The translations under genes and the position numbers were made by a program. This document shows positions 30,003-38,984 of a stretch of DNA of 64,000 bases, piece after piece. This stretch comes from a virus: positions 1-64,000 of IMG/VR virus record IMGVR_UViG_3300032308_002092. One strand, written 5' to 3'. The notes beneath the pieces were generated by a model. That model ran no database searches. It had not been told where the DNA came from and saw nothing but the letters and a program-made list of their open reading frames with translations. Numbering within the stretch: position 1 is the first letter of the stretch; every line of letters begins with the position of its first letter.

Positions 30003-30162
30003 GGACGTTGAGGAAGATGAAGACGAGGAGCTCGACGAGCAGGCAGAAGAACTTGAGTACCTAACCCTACTACAAGAGTCGCTTATGATCAGGGCCATGA
30101 CCGGTAGCAGCAGTCAGAAGTTGGCCACAATAGACCCGCGGCTACTGTTCATGCTGAGGTAG
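29986..30162 (+). CDS. Small acidic protein
   Basis: GGAGG RBS; MYISTEDVEEDEDEE... Confidence 0.55.
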   Translation: MYISTEDVEEDEDEELDEQAEELEYLTLLQESLMIRAMTGSSSQKLATIDPRLLFMLR

Positions 30163-30169
30163 ATTAATA

Positions 30170-30183
30170 GATATAGTATAATA
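30170..30183 (+). promoter_or_regulatory. Promoter GATATAGTATAATA (copy 1)
   Basis: 14-nt exact duplicate of 30625-30638. Confidence 0.65.
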
Positions 30184-30220
30184 TTATGGTACTATATACG
30201 TATACATATTGGAGGGTGAG

Positions 30221-30556
30221 ATGGAAAATCTAGTAAAGAACAATTTGGGGCAATGGAGTCTACAGAAATCAGGCGGGGAAGATATTACCTTTAAGCATAA
30301 AGAGCATACGCATTTGCCGCAGACTGGAAAAGATGGTGAAAGGCCGATTGGCGCTATGGATCATCACTCTTTCGATGTTTATCATAAGGGTAACCACATA
30401 GGTACAGCTAATGCCCTGCACGAGTCTGATGATATACACCCTACTGGTATCGATGTAAGCGGTAGGCACCCAAACGAAGTCAAGCAGGCCTTTAAGCGCC
30501 ACTTGAATGGTAATTGGAAAAAATACACATCGATGTCGCCAACTTACGGAAAATAG
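30221..30556 (+). CDS. Small protein with N-terminal GQWSLQKS leader (putative internal head cargo)
   Basis: ATG 30221 after GGAGG; MENLVKNNLGQWSLQKS. Confidence 0.75.
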   Translation: MENLVKNNLGQWSLQKSGGEDITFKHKEHTHLPQTGKDGERPIGAMDHHSFDVYHKGNHIGTANALHESDDIHPTGIDVSGRHPNEVKQAFKRHLNGNWKKYTSMSPTYGK

Positions 30557-30624
30557 TACCTAATACTATTTAGTTCATTGCTGTTAAGTGCAAATCAATG
30601 CCCAGTTTAAGCCGATTGTCTATC

Positions 30625-30638
30625 GATATAGTATAATA
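30625..30638 (+). promoter_or_regulatory. Promoter GATATAGTATAATA (copy 2)
   Basis: Upstream of the protease RBS. Confidence 0.65.
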
Positions 30639-30658
30639 GTCCATTGGAGGATTGTAGT

Positions 30659-31504
30659 ATGTCAATCGAGATCGATATGTGCGCAGGAAGTGCCTTGCGG
30701 GACACCCAGGGCGAGATACTAGATATCGAGGGCGCTGACATCAGTGAGCTCGAAGCCGGGCGCGGGATCTTCAACGACAACCATAGTTCAAAACTCCCCG
30801 ACGTGCTTGGTCGCGTAACTAAAGCTAAGAAGATCTTTAAGTTAGAAGACTGCGAAGACGACCGTCAACGCTACTACTGGAACAAGATTAAGGCGCCATA
30901 TATCTACGTTAAGGGTAGGCTCTGGAACGACCCTGCTCACCGCTCTGCTAACGCGGCCGCAGCCATCCTACGCAATCAGTTCTCCGAAGATTCACCTTTA
31001 AAATTAAAGGCTTCTGTCGAAGGCGGAATTATAGAGCGCGGCGGTAACGACGACAGGGTCCTCAAGCGCACCAAGATCAAAGGGGTGGCTCTCACTTTTA
31101 CCCCGGCTAACAACGCGACTCTAGTCGAGGGCCTCAACCTCGCCAAGTCTGCCATCACCCCTCAGGACCAGGCCCTCATCAAGTCCATGATCCCGCTAGC
31201 CCAAGACAATGTGCCTACCTTCATCGAGATGGCTGACACCCTGTCCGAGTCTAAGATCCACAGGAATGTCAACAAGATACGCTCCCTAGTTAAAGCTCTG
31301 TCTGCTGGCGTAGGTGCAGGTGCCCCAACTGATAGAACCGGTGGCCAAGTGCTGCAGACCGAGAGCCTCGAGGGAGACGGTAAGCAGATCGAGTGTCCGA
31401 GCTGTGGCAAAGGGCAACACTACTTTCGTCATCAAGTTAAGTGCAGAAGTTGCGGAAAGTCCTTTCCTTTCGATACCTTAGCCAAGTTCTTCATCAAGAA
31501 GTAG
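30659..31504 (+). CDS. Prohead (maturation) protease, HK97/assemblin-like, with C-terminal MCP-like arm and zinc ribbon
   Basis: RDTQGE, FNDNH (His), ASVEG (Ser), VALTFTPAN; upstream of scaffold and MCP. Confidence 0.85.
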   Translation: MSIEIDMCAGSALRDTQGEILDIEGADISELEAGRGIFNDNHSSKLPDVLGRVTKAKKIFKLEDCEDDRQRYYWNKIKAPYIYVKGRLWNDPAHRSANAAAAILRNQFSEDSPLKLKASVEGGIIERGGNDDRVLKRTKIKGVALTFTPANNATLVEGLNLAKSAITPQDQALIKSMIPLAQDNVPTFIEMADTLSESKIHRNVNKIRSLVKALSAGVGAGAPTDRTGGQVLQTESLEGDGKQIECPSCGKGQHYFRHQVKCRSCGKSFPFDTLAKFFIKK

Positions 31505-31505
31505 T

Positions 31506-31631
31506 ATAAGGCAACCCCTCTCCAGGTTTGACCTCGCTGACCCTGTACAATTGAAACAAGCTCACCACTATACCAACCTGCAGCCTCTATGGGCTGAAGA
31601 TAATTTATCTAAGTCGAATAAAGTATTATAA
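31506..31631 (+). pseudogene. C-terminal remnant of an HNH endonuclease
   Basis: Frame reads IRQPLSRFDLADPVQLKQAHHYTNLQPLWAEDNLSKSNKVL*; no start codon or HIDH segment. Confidence 0.75.
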
Positions 31632-31708
31632 GTATAAGATAGTTATGGCTAATAGTGGCCATGTGATATACTATAGTAATGTCATAGCCATAGACAAAGG
31701 AGATAAAC

Positions 31709-32095
31709 ATGGCCAACAATAGGTTCGTCCTTGATAAGATTGCTCGTAACCTAGAGCAATACGGTTTAACAGTTACCCGTGGTTCCGCCGGCCAAGTACT
31801 CGCTGCTGGACTCACGGTTTCCTACAACGATGCAGTTATTCAGTCACCAATGGGCGGTGTATCTGATGCTGTTTCACCATTTCTCGGTGTTGGTATTGCT
31901 AACCCTGGCAAGTTGAAAGTGAAAGGCGGAGCGGGACAAAATACTCTCGCTGCTATCCTTGGCACTGCTGACGACGTGACTGTTTGGTCAATCGTAGCTC
32001 GATTTGCTAACGACGCTTCTATCGAAGCTGGCGACACTGCTACTGAGCTCCTTGCTCTCCGCGGTCACCCAGATATGCTAGCAGTTGGCGAGTAA
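31709..32095 (+). CDS. Small head-module protein (possible decoration or minor capsid protein)
   Basis: AAGGAG RBS, between protease and scaffold, codon style like the MCP. Confidence 0.7.
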   Translation: MANNRFVLDKIARNLEQYGLTVTRGSAGQVLAAGLTVSYNDAVIQSPMGGVSDAVSPFLGVGIANPGKLKVKGGAGQNTLAAILGTADDVTVWSIVARFANDASIEAGDTATELLALRGHPDMLAVGE

Positions 32096-32123
32096 TCATC
32101 AACCAAGGGAAAGGGGACTAGAT

Positions 32124-32846
32124 ATGGATAACCTCCAGAAAAGCCTGACAGAGCTCATTGATGAGACACTGGCAGAAATCGAAGCCCTCAAGAAGTCTGA
32201 ACGCTATTCCGCTCATGAGATCGACCTTGCTGATGAGAAGGCAAACGGTTCCATGGACGCTAAAGCGGTAGCTAAGGCTGAAGAGGACGACGAAGAAAAA
32301 GAAGATGAAGGCAAAGAAGAGTCTGAAGAAGCTAAGAAGTCTGACGATGAAGACGAAGACGACGAAGACAGCGAAGACGACGAAGCCGACATGAAGAAAG
32401 CTGAAGAAGCTTGCGCAAAAGCTCTCAAGAAATATGAGATGGCGAAAGCCGAAGCTGAGCACAAGAAGAAGATGCTTGCAATGAAAAAAGGCGAGTCGGC
32501 TAAGAAGTCTGACGACAAAGATGAAGATGACAAGGACGAAGAGAAGGACCTTAAGAAGTCCATCGACGCCCGTGTTGCTCCGATCGAGTCGAAGCTTTCA
32601 GAAGTCCTCTCAGCAGTCAAGAAGCTCTCCGAGACTCCGGTTCCAGCACGTGGTGCTAGCTACCGAGACGTGAAGCCTCTTGCAAAATCAATCGAAGTTG
32701 AAACGCTCACAAAGGCTCAAGTCCTGAATGAGTTGGTCAGCTTGAAGAAATCAGGTAAGGAAGTTCTGTCGGAAGACGTTATTCAAGTAGAAGACGGTTC
32801 TGCAGATCACCTAACTATGGCTCGTAAATACGGCATCAAGGCTTAA
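32124..32846 (+). CDS. Capsid scaffolding protein
   Basis: ATG 32124; very acidic helical protein directly before the MCP; many xxK(S/A) sites. Confidence 0.8.
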   Translation: MDNLQKSLTELIDETLAEIEALKKSERYSAHEIDLADEKANGSMDAKAVAKAEEDDEEKEDEGKEESEEAKKSDDEDEDDEDSEDDEADMKKAEEACAKALKKYEMAKAEAEHKKKMLAMKKGESAKKSDDKDEDDKDEEKDLKKSIDARVAPIESKLSEVLSAVKKLSETPVPARGASYRDVKPLAKSIEVETLTKAQVLNELVSLKKSGKEVLSEDVIQVEDGSADHLTMARKYGIKA

Positions 32847-32866
32847 ACTTTAGAAAGGAGTATAAG

Positions 32867-34315
32867 ATGCTACAGGATTCTTTGAATCAAATCCTTGCTG
32901 GAGTTGAGCAAGGGCTTATCAGTCAGGAAGAGGTCGAAAACCTCTCCAAGGCATTGTCTGCAGGCGCAGGCTATGCTGGTCGTCCAACAGACCTCACCCA
33001 CGGTGGAGTCCTTCAAACAGAGTCGCTCGAAGCTACCCTCAAAGTAGTTACGTTCGACATGAAGAACCTTAAGTTGTGGCCATCCATCTCGATGGATAAG
33101 GCTACTAACTTGTTCGAACAATACAACCGCATTACCGGCTACGGTTCTGACGCTTCACCTTACATCGGTGAAGGCGGAGCTGGACAAGAAGAAGACAGCA
33201 CCTACGTTCGTGACGGACAAAGGATTGCATTCTTCTCTGAGCGCCGTAAGGTTACACACCAGATGACTCTGGTTAAGACCACGGTTGGCGACGTCGTTGC
33301 CCAACAGAAAAAAGAAGGCACGATGAACCTCCTCAAGAAGGTTGAGCGCGAACTCTACTGGGGTCACGCACACTTCGTTTCTGCTACTGGTCAATTGACT
33401 GGCCTCGAGCAAGACCTTCCTCCAAACTCAATCGCAATGAGCGGTCTCTTCAAGCAGATCCTCAAGGGCGACAGGGACATTCAGTTCCGTTCGGGTGACT
33501 TCGATGGTTGGGGAGCTGAGCAGCAATCTGTTGTTCGCGATCTCCAAGGCCTTTCCTTCAGCCAAGACGACGTTGAGTCTCTCGCTGTAGCAATCATGGA
33601 GAACTTCGGTACTCCAGGTGAGCTCCACGCTGAGCCTGCAGTTATCTCTGCTTTCGTTAAGACCTTCTATCCTCAGTTCCGTTCTGAGCCAGGTCTTGCT
33701 AACCAGACTGTCGGCTATGACGTAGCTAAGGTTACGACTACTGCTGGTCCTATCGACCTCAAGCCTAGCTTGTTCCTCCGTCCACGTCAAGGCGTTCGCC
33801 CAGTTGGCGTGAATGCTAAGGCTCCATCAACCGCTGGCTTGTCCATCGCTGGTGCTGCTGCTGGTTCTGGATCTAAGCTTGCTGCTGGTACATACGCTTA
33901 CGCTATGACCTTCGTCAATGACTTCGGTGAGTCCGCTCCTATCTTCTCGGCTGGCGTTGCAGTTACTGCAGGCCAGAACGTTACGATCACTGTTACTGGT
34001 ACCATCCCTGCTGACGTCAAGTACGTCAAGATCTTCAGGGCTGCTTCTGGTGCAGCTGCTGCCACGGCTCAGTTCGTTACGAACCACCGCCTTGGTCAAG
34101 CAATCGTTGACGCTGGTGAGAAGAGACCTGGACTCGGCGAAATGTTCCTCTTGGACATGAAGCCAGAGTCGATGAGATTCAAGCAATTGATGCCACTGAG
34201 CTCAATGCCTCTCGCCGTAGTTACGACTGCAATCGAGTTCCTGGTAATCATGTACGGAAGCCTTTTCGTGTATGCTCCTAGGTTCTCAGGTATCCTGAGG
34301 AACGTCGGTAAGTAA
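32867..34315 (+). CDS. Major capsid protein (HK97 fold, SPO1/Twort-like N-terminus, Ig-like insertion)
   Basis: KAL.AG..TD..GG.LQ.ESL N-terminus, ELYWG, GTYAY...NDFGES insertion; strong RBS and downstream terminator. Confidence 0.9.
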   Translation: MLQDSLNQILAGVEQGLISQEEVENLSKALSAGAGYAGRPTDLTHGGVLQTESLEATLKVVTFDMKNLKLWPSISMDKATNLFEQYNRITGYGSDASPYIGEGGAGQEEDSTYVRDGQRIAFFSERRKVTHQMTLVKTTVGDVVAQQKKEGTMNLLKKVERELYWGHAHFVSATGQLTGLEQDLPPNSIAMSGLFKQILKGDRDIQFRSGDFDGWGAEQQSVVRDLQGLSFSQDDVESLAVAIMENFGTPGELHAEPAVISAFVKTFYPQFRSEPGLANQTVGYDVAKVTTTAGPIDLKPSLFLRPRQGVRPVGVNAKAPSTAGLSIAGAAAGSGSKLAAGTYAYAMTFVNDFGESAPIFSAGVAVTAGQNVTITVTGTIPADVKYVKIFRAASGAAAATAQFVTNHRLGQAIVDAGEKRPGLGEMFLLDMKPESMRFKQLMPLSSMPLAVVTTAIEFLVIMYGSLFVYAPRFSGILRNVGK

Positions 34316-34343
34316 TTGTAACGATTACTGAACCTCCTCTAGT

Positions 34344-34385
34344 AAGATGGGCTTATCCATAGTGGTAAGCCCATCTTTATTTTTG
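34344..34385 (+). terminator. Intrinsic terminator after the MCP
   Basis: AAGATGGGCTTA / TAAGCCCATCTT 12-bp stem followed by TATTTTT. Confidence 0.85.
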
Positions 34386-34437
34386 CCTAAAATGGTTTCA
34401 CTAGCCCTCTAAATCCCCTCAGTACAATATCATTATC

Positions 34438-34575
34438 ATGAATCCCAAACCATTTTTTACAAACTACAGGCATGTCACTAGGCTGCTAAGGTCTCTAGCT
34501 AAACTAGAAGTTGTACATGCTGATAGCATCCAAAACGGTCTGGTATTTAAGGTAGCGGGTCGAACACACGGGTGA
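34438..34575 (+). CDS. Possible small leaderless ORF (45 aa)
   Basis: ATG about 10 nt after AGTACAAT; no SD; ends just before the next RBS. Confidence 0.35.
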   Translation: MNPKPFFTNYRHVTRLLRSLAKLEVVHADSIQNGLVFKVAGRTHG

Positions 34576-34587
34576 ACGGGAGACTAC

Positions 34588-35028
34588 TTGAACATATTCG
34601 TAACCAGTAACTGCCCTAAGCGCAACGCTAGGCTCCTGGACAACAAGAGGCTGGTCAAGATGGTGCTAGAGACCACCCAGCTGCTCAGCAACACCTTGTG
34701 GCACCACTATGGCTCTGGACCATACAAAACAACCCATTTAAACCATCCCTGCAGCGTGTGGTTGCGTCAGTCTGGCGGCAACTACTGGTGGACTGTTCGC
34801 CTACTGGAGGAGATGTGTGCAGAGTATACCCGAAGGTACTGCAAGGTACACAAGTGCCAAGGCTTACTGCCTATGTTTCAGTCGGCCACCGTCGATGAAC
34901 AGCCCATGACTCCTTTCGTGAATTGTACCGATTTCAAGGACTTACCCACCTTCGCTGCGTACCGTAAGGCGATGCGAACCAAGTGGGCGAACGACAAACT
35001 CCCTCCCAGATGGACTTCCCGAACCTAG
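34588..35028 (+). CDS. Pyrimidine-dimer DNA glycosylase / endonuclease V-like protein
   Basis: MNIF...D.K...KM.LE..QLL, YK.TH.NHPCS.W, EYT.RY.K.H family pattern. Confidence 0.8.
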   Translation: MNIFVTSNCPKRNARLLDNKRLVKMVLETTQLLSNTLWHHYGSGPYKTTHLNHPCSVWLRQSGGNYWWTVRLLEEMCAEYTRRYCKVHKCQGLLPMFQSATVDEQPMTPFVNCTDFKDLPTFAAYRKAMRTKWANDKLPPRWTSRT

Positions 35029-35045
35029 TCTTCGGGTATAACTCC

Positions 35046-35055
35046 GTGGTATAAT
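35046..35055 (+). promoter_or_regulatory. Extended -10 promoter GTGGTATAAT heading the cargo block
   Basis: TGn-TATAAT, preceded by a CCCGAA/TTCGGG hairpin. Confidence 0.65.
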
Positions 35056-35087
35056 GTCTAGTGAATACCTCACCATGGAGAAATTAA

Positions 35088-35420
35088 ATGAGGGCGTCCA
35101 ATATACTCTCTGGCGCACAGAGAACTTCCGAAGTAAGCTTGGTTTGGAAAGAGATAAACTCTGGTGGCGGAGCCAGCCAGATAGAAGTACCTAGGCACAC
35201 AGCTATTCGAGTGCGTGCGACTGCTGGCACCGCTATTTCATTGGATGGCATCCTCGCTGCCACCATGATCAATGGCGAGATCTTGGTCTTCAACTCTGGC
35301 CTTGGTGAAAACTACGGCAGGGTTAGCGACCCAAAGAACACCGTGACGCTGGCTTGGACTGGCACGTGCTTCATTCAACTGGGCATGGAGTCACAAGAGC
35401 AATGGCAGGATGATATCTAA
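35088..35420 (+). CDS. Hypothetical beta-rich protein
   Basis: GGAG RBS; coupled to the next gene. Confidence 0.7.
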   Translation: MRASNILSGAQRTSEVSLVWKEINSGGGASQIEVPRHTAIRVRATAGTAISLDGILAATMINGEILVFNSGLGENYGRVSDPKNTVTLAWTGTCFIQLGMESQEQWQDDI

Positions 35421-36433
35421 TGTCTAAGGCAATTAGGGAGCTGCTGCTCCGCAAGACAGACAACCCAAACCTCCGCTTCTTGATCCAGTCTGCGTCCGAT
35501 AAAGCCATCCAAGACATGGTTGTCGAGTCACTGGAGAAGATGGCGTCTTACGCAGGTAAGAAGGCCATCAAGATGAACGCGGCCGTCAGGGACTTCCTAA
35601 ACAACTCCCTAGCAGAGACACAAGCAGGCGAGCCGAGTCCTATGGAGCATCTCCGAGACGCACTTGGTCATCACGCTTCCCACTACACTGCGGCTAGGCA
35701 AAACGGCAACCAAGCGCTTGCCGATGAGCACGCGAAGCAGTTCCTCAAGCTGGGCCACCTAGCCCACAAGTTAGACTCTGGCTCTAAGACTATTGCTAAC
35801 TTCGAGCACCACGATGACATGGACTACAAGATCGGCATGCTGGATGCTGCCAAGTTCGATGCGCCCGACCTTCAGGCGTGGCAAGCTACTAGTCCACAAC
35901 ACTTCGCGAACCGCCACAAATCCTCTGGAGTTGATCTCCCTGGCTGGCGCGCATACCAAAAGCAAGACGGCGTTCGCAGCCGAGGCGACGGCGTCAACGA
36001 GCCCAACAAGTTCAGCTTCGCTTGGCTCGCGAACAACCCTCACCCAGACCACAAAGATATCGGTAAGCACATGATGATGGGTCACGACGAGTCTGGCTAC
36101 CCCATGGAGCAAGTACAAGTCAACGGCAAGCATATCCCAGTGGGTGTCGTAGAGTACAACCCTAAAGATTTTAAGCCTAACCCAAATGGCTCTGGCGATA
36201 AAGTTCACTCGCCACATCCATTTGATTACCATCCGATAGTCCAGCACTTCGATGAGTCGCCAGAAGAGCACGCACCTAAGGCAGAGCAGTACAAGAACAA
36301 GCTCGCTCTGTTCCACGGCGGATCACACGGTCTAGCCCTAGCAACTAAAGGCGCGGAACTCGCTCAACCAGACCACGGCAAAGAACCTGGACTAGTGGTG
36401 CATCCTAAGGTGAAGGTAGAGAACAATGCCTAA
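35420..36433 (+). CDS. His-rich hypothetical protein (putative internal head protein)
   Basis: Coupled start; LEKM site after an N-terminal helical leader. Confidence 0.7.
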   Translation: MSKAIRELLLRKTDNPNLRFLIQSASDKAIQDMVVESLEKMASYAGKKAIKMNAAVRDFLNNSLAETQAGEPSPMEHLRDALGHHASHYTAARQNGNQALADEHAKQFLKLGHLAHKLDSGSKTIANFEHHDDMDYKIGMLDAAKFDAPDLQAWQATSPQHFANRHKSSGVDLPGWRAYQKQDGVRSRGDGVNEPNKFSFAWLANNPHPDHKDIGKHMMMGHDESGYPMEQVQVNGKHIPVGVVEYNPKDFKPNPNGSGDKVHSPHPFDYHPIVQHFDESPEEHAPKAEQYKNKLALFHGGSHGLALATKGAELAQPDHGKEPGLVVHPKVKVENNA

Positions 36434-38984
36434 GGGAGTAATCAAGACCAAGTCGCAAGAGAAGAAGTGGGACAAGGCCAAGGAAGCAGCTGCCGACCAA
36501 GGTAAGTCACAGCGCTGGCCGTTAATCATGCACATTTTCAAACAAATGGGCGGTCTCAACAAAGAAGACAACGACCGCAACGCCAAGATCGAGGCGGCAC
36601 TAGCGGCACAGGGTCGTAAGACTACTATCCCACAGGAAGCCCACGACGTTTTACACTCTTGGTGGTCCACAAATAAAGATCAAGTGCTCTCACCTGAGAT
36701 GAAGCAGCGAATGGCTGACATCAAGGCTCCAAAAGAGAAAAGAGCACAGTTCAAGATCGTCAAGTCCAAGCAAGAAATTCTAGATCTCCAGAAGTCACTA
36801 GAGTACCTCAAGACAGCTGTGTCCTCTGATCTGTTCAAGGCAAAGTCTACGAGACCAGAGTGGTCGCCGTCTAGGCAATATTCGGCCCAAGACACGGCAG
36901 CCATGCAACCACACCTCGACGCGGGTCACTCGCTACAGGAAGCTGCACACCTATCTGGGGTAGATCCGACTAGGTCTGGCCACTCGCACCAAGTGTCCGA
37001 GCTCTCCCCAGCGATGATGCAGCGTGCCAAAGCAGCTGCGCTAGACTGGGTCTCCAAGACGAAGCAACGTGAGGCACTCGAAGCCAAACCAGAGCACAAC
37101 CCAGAGAAGTTCGTATCCGGTAAGGCAGCAGAGATAGGACAGTCAGCTTCTGCAGCGGCTAAGTCGTACGCCGACTCGCTCAAGGAGCACAAAGCCTCTA
37201 TCTCACACATGCCTCCAGATGAGCAACTGAAGTCTATCCAGAAATTCAAGTCAGACTGGCACGCTTCCCCAGCGGCTAAAATGGCACACGTAGATGCAGC
37301 TAAGTCCCACGCTGATTTCACCTCGCAGGCTAAGGAAGCTAGATCTAAGGAACTGTACGAGCAGAGGAAGAACATCCTCATGGGTGGTCAAGGCCTTGAC
37401 TCACCCATGTCGACCCATACCGACTCAGCTATGGACCGCGACGAAGATGTCTTGTCGCAAGAAGACCTAGAGGATATCCATGGTGGCGACAGTCATCTGG
37501 GAAAAACTAGGCCCAACATCGAATTTGCAGATATTTTAGAAAAGATTTCTAAAAAGCAAAGCATGCAGATGTTGGGCAACGATCCTAAGGCCAAAGAGAT
37601 TGCCGACTTCATCTCAGATAAAAAACTACGAGACGATACGGGAAACTGGCTTATTCGTAACTATAGAAAAGATCCCAGTATTTGGAACGATGAAAATAAG
37701 AAAGCGATAGAACATTTTTCTGGTATGGGCCATGCAGATGAGGTAAATAAGGTTAGGTTTAGCAAAGACCACGACTTCAACTCAGGCATACAGATGTGGA
37801 AAGATGCAGAGAAGAAGTACCAAGATAAACATGCTGAATCAGGTCACCTTATAGAGCCGGACAGCAACACTAAAAAGATAGTTGATCTCGGCAACGGTTG
37901 GGGTTGGCACGACCTTGGTAAGGGCTCTTGTAGCAAAGAGGCTAAGGCCATGGGTCACTGTGGCAATGAGCCATCTGAAGTTGAGGGTGATCGAGTACTG
38001 TCGCTTAGGCACGACAAGAAGATAGGCGATAAAACTTATCATGAGCCACATCTTACCTTTATTGAAAATGGCGGCACCTTAGGTGAGATGAAAGGTAGGG
38101 CAAATGAGAAACCAAACCCAAGGTATCACCAAGCTATAGCAGAGTTACTCAAGAACCCAAGGATACATACCCTGATGGGTGGCGGTTATGCAGAAGAAAG
38201 CAACTTTGGCCTAAAAGACATGGATCCAAAGTTGGTCCAAGAGATAAAAGCTAAGAACCCTAGTTTAGAAGAAGGTATTACTAAAGAAAATATAGATAAA
38301 ATGCCCAAAAAATACATCGAGAATGTGTTGCAATCCCCACATGCCACTCTAGCTCATGTGGATAAAGCTATGAACGATGAAAATGACTATGTTAGAGCAG
38401 CAGCTGTGCGCTCACCACTCGCTACTTCAGCTCATGTAGATAAAGCTATGAACGATAAAGATTGGGGTGTTAGATTCGCTGCTCTAGAGTCCCCTCATGC
38501 TACTGCAGCTCACGTAGATAAAGCCATGAATGATGATCACGAGAATGTCAGATTGGCCGCACTTAGATCGCCTCATTTCACCTCAGCTCACGTGGATAAG
38601 GCTATGGATGATGAGAGCCCTGATGTTAGAGGTACCGCAGTGAGATCCCCACATGTTACTCCAGCTCACGTAGATAAAGCTATGGATGATGAACATTGGT
38701 ATGTCAGAGAAGCAGCATTTAGCTCTCAACACGCCACTCCAGCCCACATAGATAAAGCCATTAACGATAAGAGTTACGATGTTACAGCTGCTGCACTTAA
38801 TCATAATGCAACTACCCAAGCTCACATAGATAAAGCCATGAATCACAAGGACCCTGATATTAGAGCGCTGGCGGTAAATTCTCGCCATGCTACTCCAGCC
38901 CACATAGATAAGGCTATGAACGATAAAGACCCTGGCGTAAGGGAAATTGCTAGAGAAGTAAAACAAGGAAGGATGGCTCAATAA
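36426..38984 (+). CDS. Multidomain putative internal head protein with PcfJ-like domain and C-terminal HEAT/LRV-type repeats
   Basis: LQKS/LFKA sites; EAKAMGHCG...VLSLR...PHLTF...EMKGRANEKP; eight 26-aa repeats. Confidence 0.75.
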   Translation: MPKGVIKTKSQEKKWDKAKEAAADQGKSQRWPLIMHIFKQMGGLNKEDNDRNAKIEAALAAQGRKTTIPQEAHDVLHSWWSTNKDQVLSPEMKQRMADIKAPKEKRAQFKIVKSKQEILDLQKSLEYLKTAVSSDLFKAKSTRPEWSPSRQYSAQDTAAMQPHLDAGHSLQEAAHLSGVDPTRSGHSHQVSELSPAMMQRAKAAALDWVSKTKQREALEAKPEHNPEKFVSGKAAEIGQSASAAAKSYADSLKEHKASISHMPPDEQLKSIQKFKSDWHASPAAKMAHVDAAKSHADFTSQAKEARSKELYEQRKNILMGGQGLDSPMSTHTDSAMDRDEDVLSQEDLEDIHGGDSHLGKTRPNIEFADILEKISKKQSMQMLGNDPKAKEIADFISDKKLRDDTGNWLIRNYRKDPSIWNDENKKAIEHFSGMGHADEVNKVRFSKDHDFNSGIQMWKDAEKKYQDKHAESGHLIEPDSNTKKIVDLGNGWGWHDLGKGSCSKEAKAMGHCGNEPSEVEGDRVLSLRHDKKIGDKTYHEPHLTFIENGGTLGEMKGRANEKPNPRYHQAIAELLKNPRIHTLMGGGYAEESNFGLKDMDPKLVQEIKAKNPSLEEGITKENIDKMPKKYIENVLQSPHATLAHVDKAMNDENDYVRAAAVRSPLATSAHVDKAMNDKDWGVRFAALESPHATAAHVDKAMNDDHENVRLAALRSPHFTSAHVDKAMDDESPDVRGTAVRSPHVTPAHVDKAMDDEHWYVREAAFSSQHATPAHIDKAINDKSYDVTAAALNHNATTQAHIDKAMNHKDPDIRALAVNSRHATPAHIDKAMNDKDPGVREIAREVKQGRMAQ
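38334..38957 (+). repeat. Eight tandem 78-bp (26-aa) coding repeats
   Basis: Consensus SPHAT.AH(V/I)DKAMND....VR.AA.. Confidence 0.9.

Noticed and set aside
38334-38957. 78-bp periodic repeats as a CRISPR array
   Set aside because: In-frame coding repeats with synonymous variation; no invariant repeat/unique spacer structure and no cas genes
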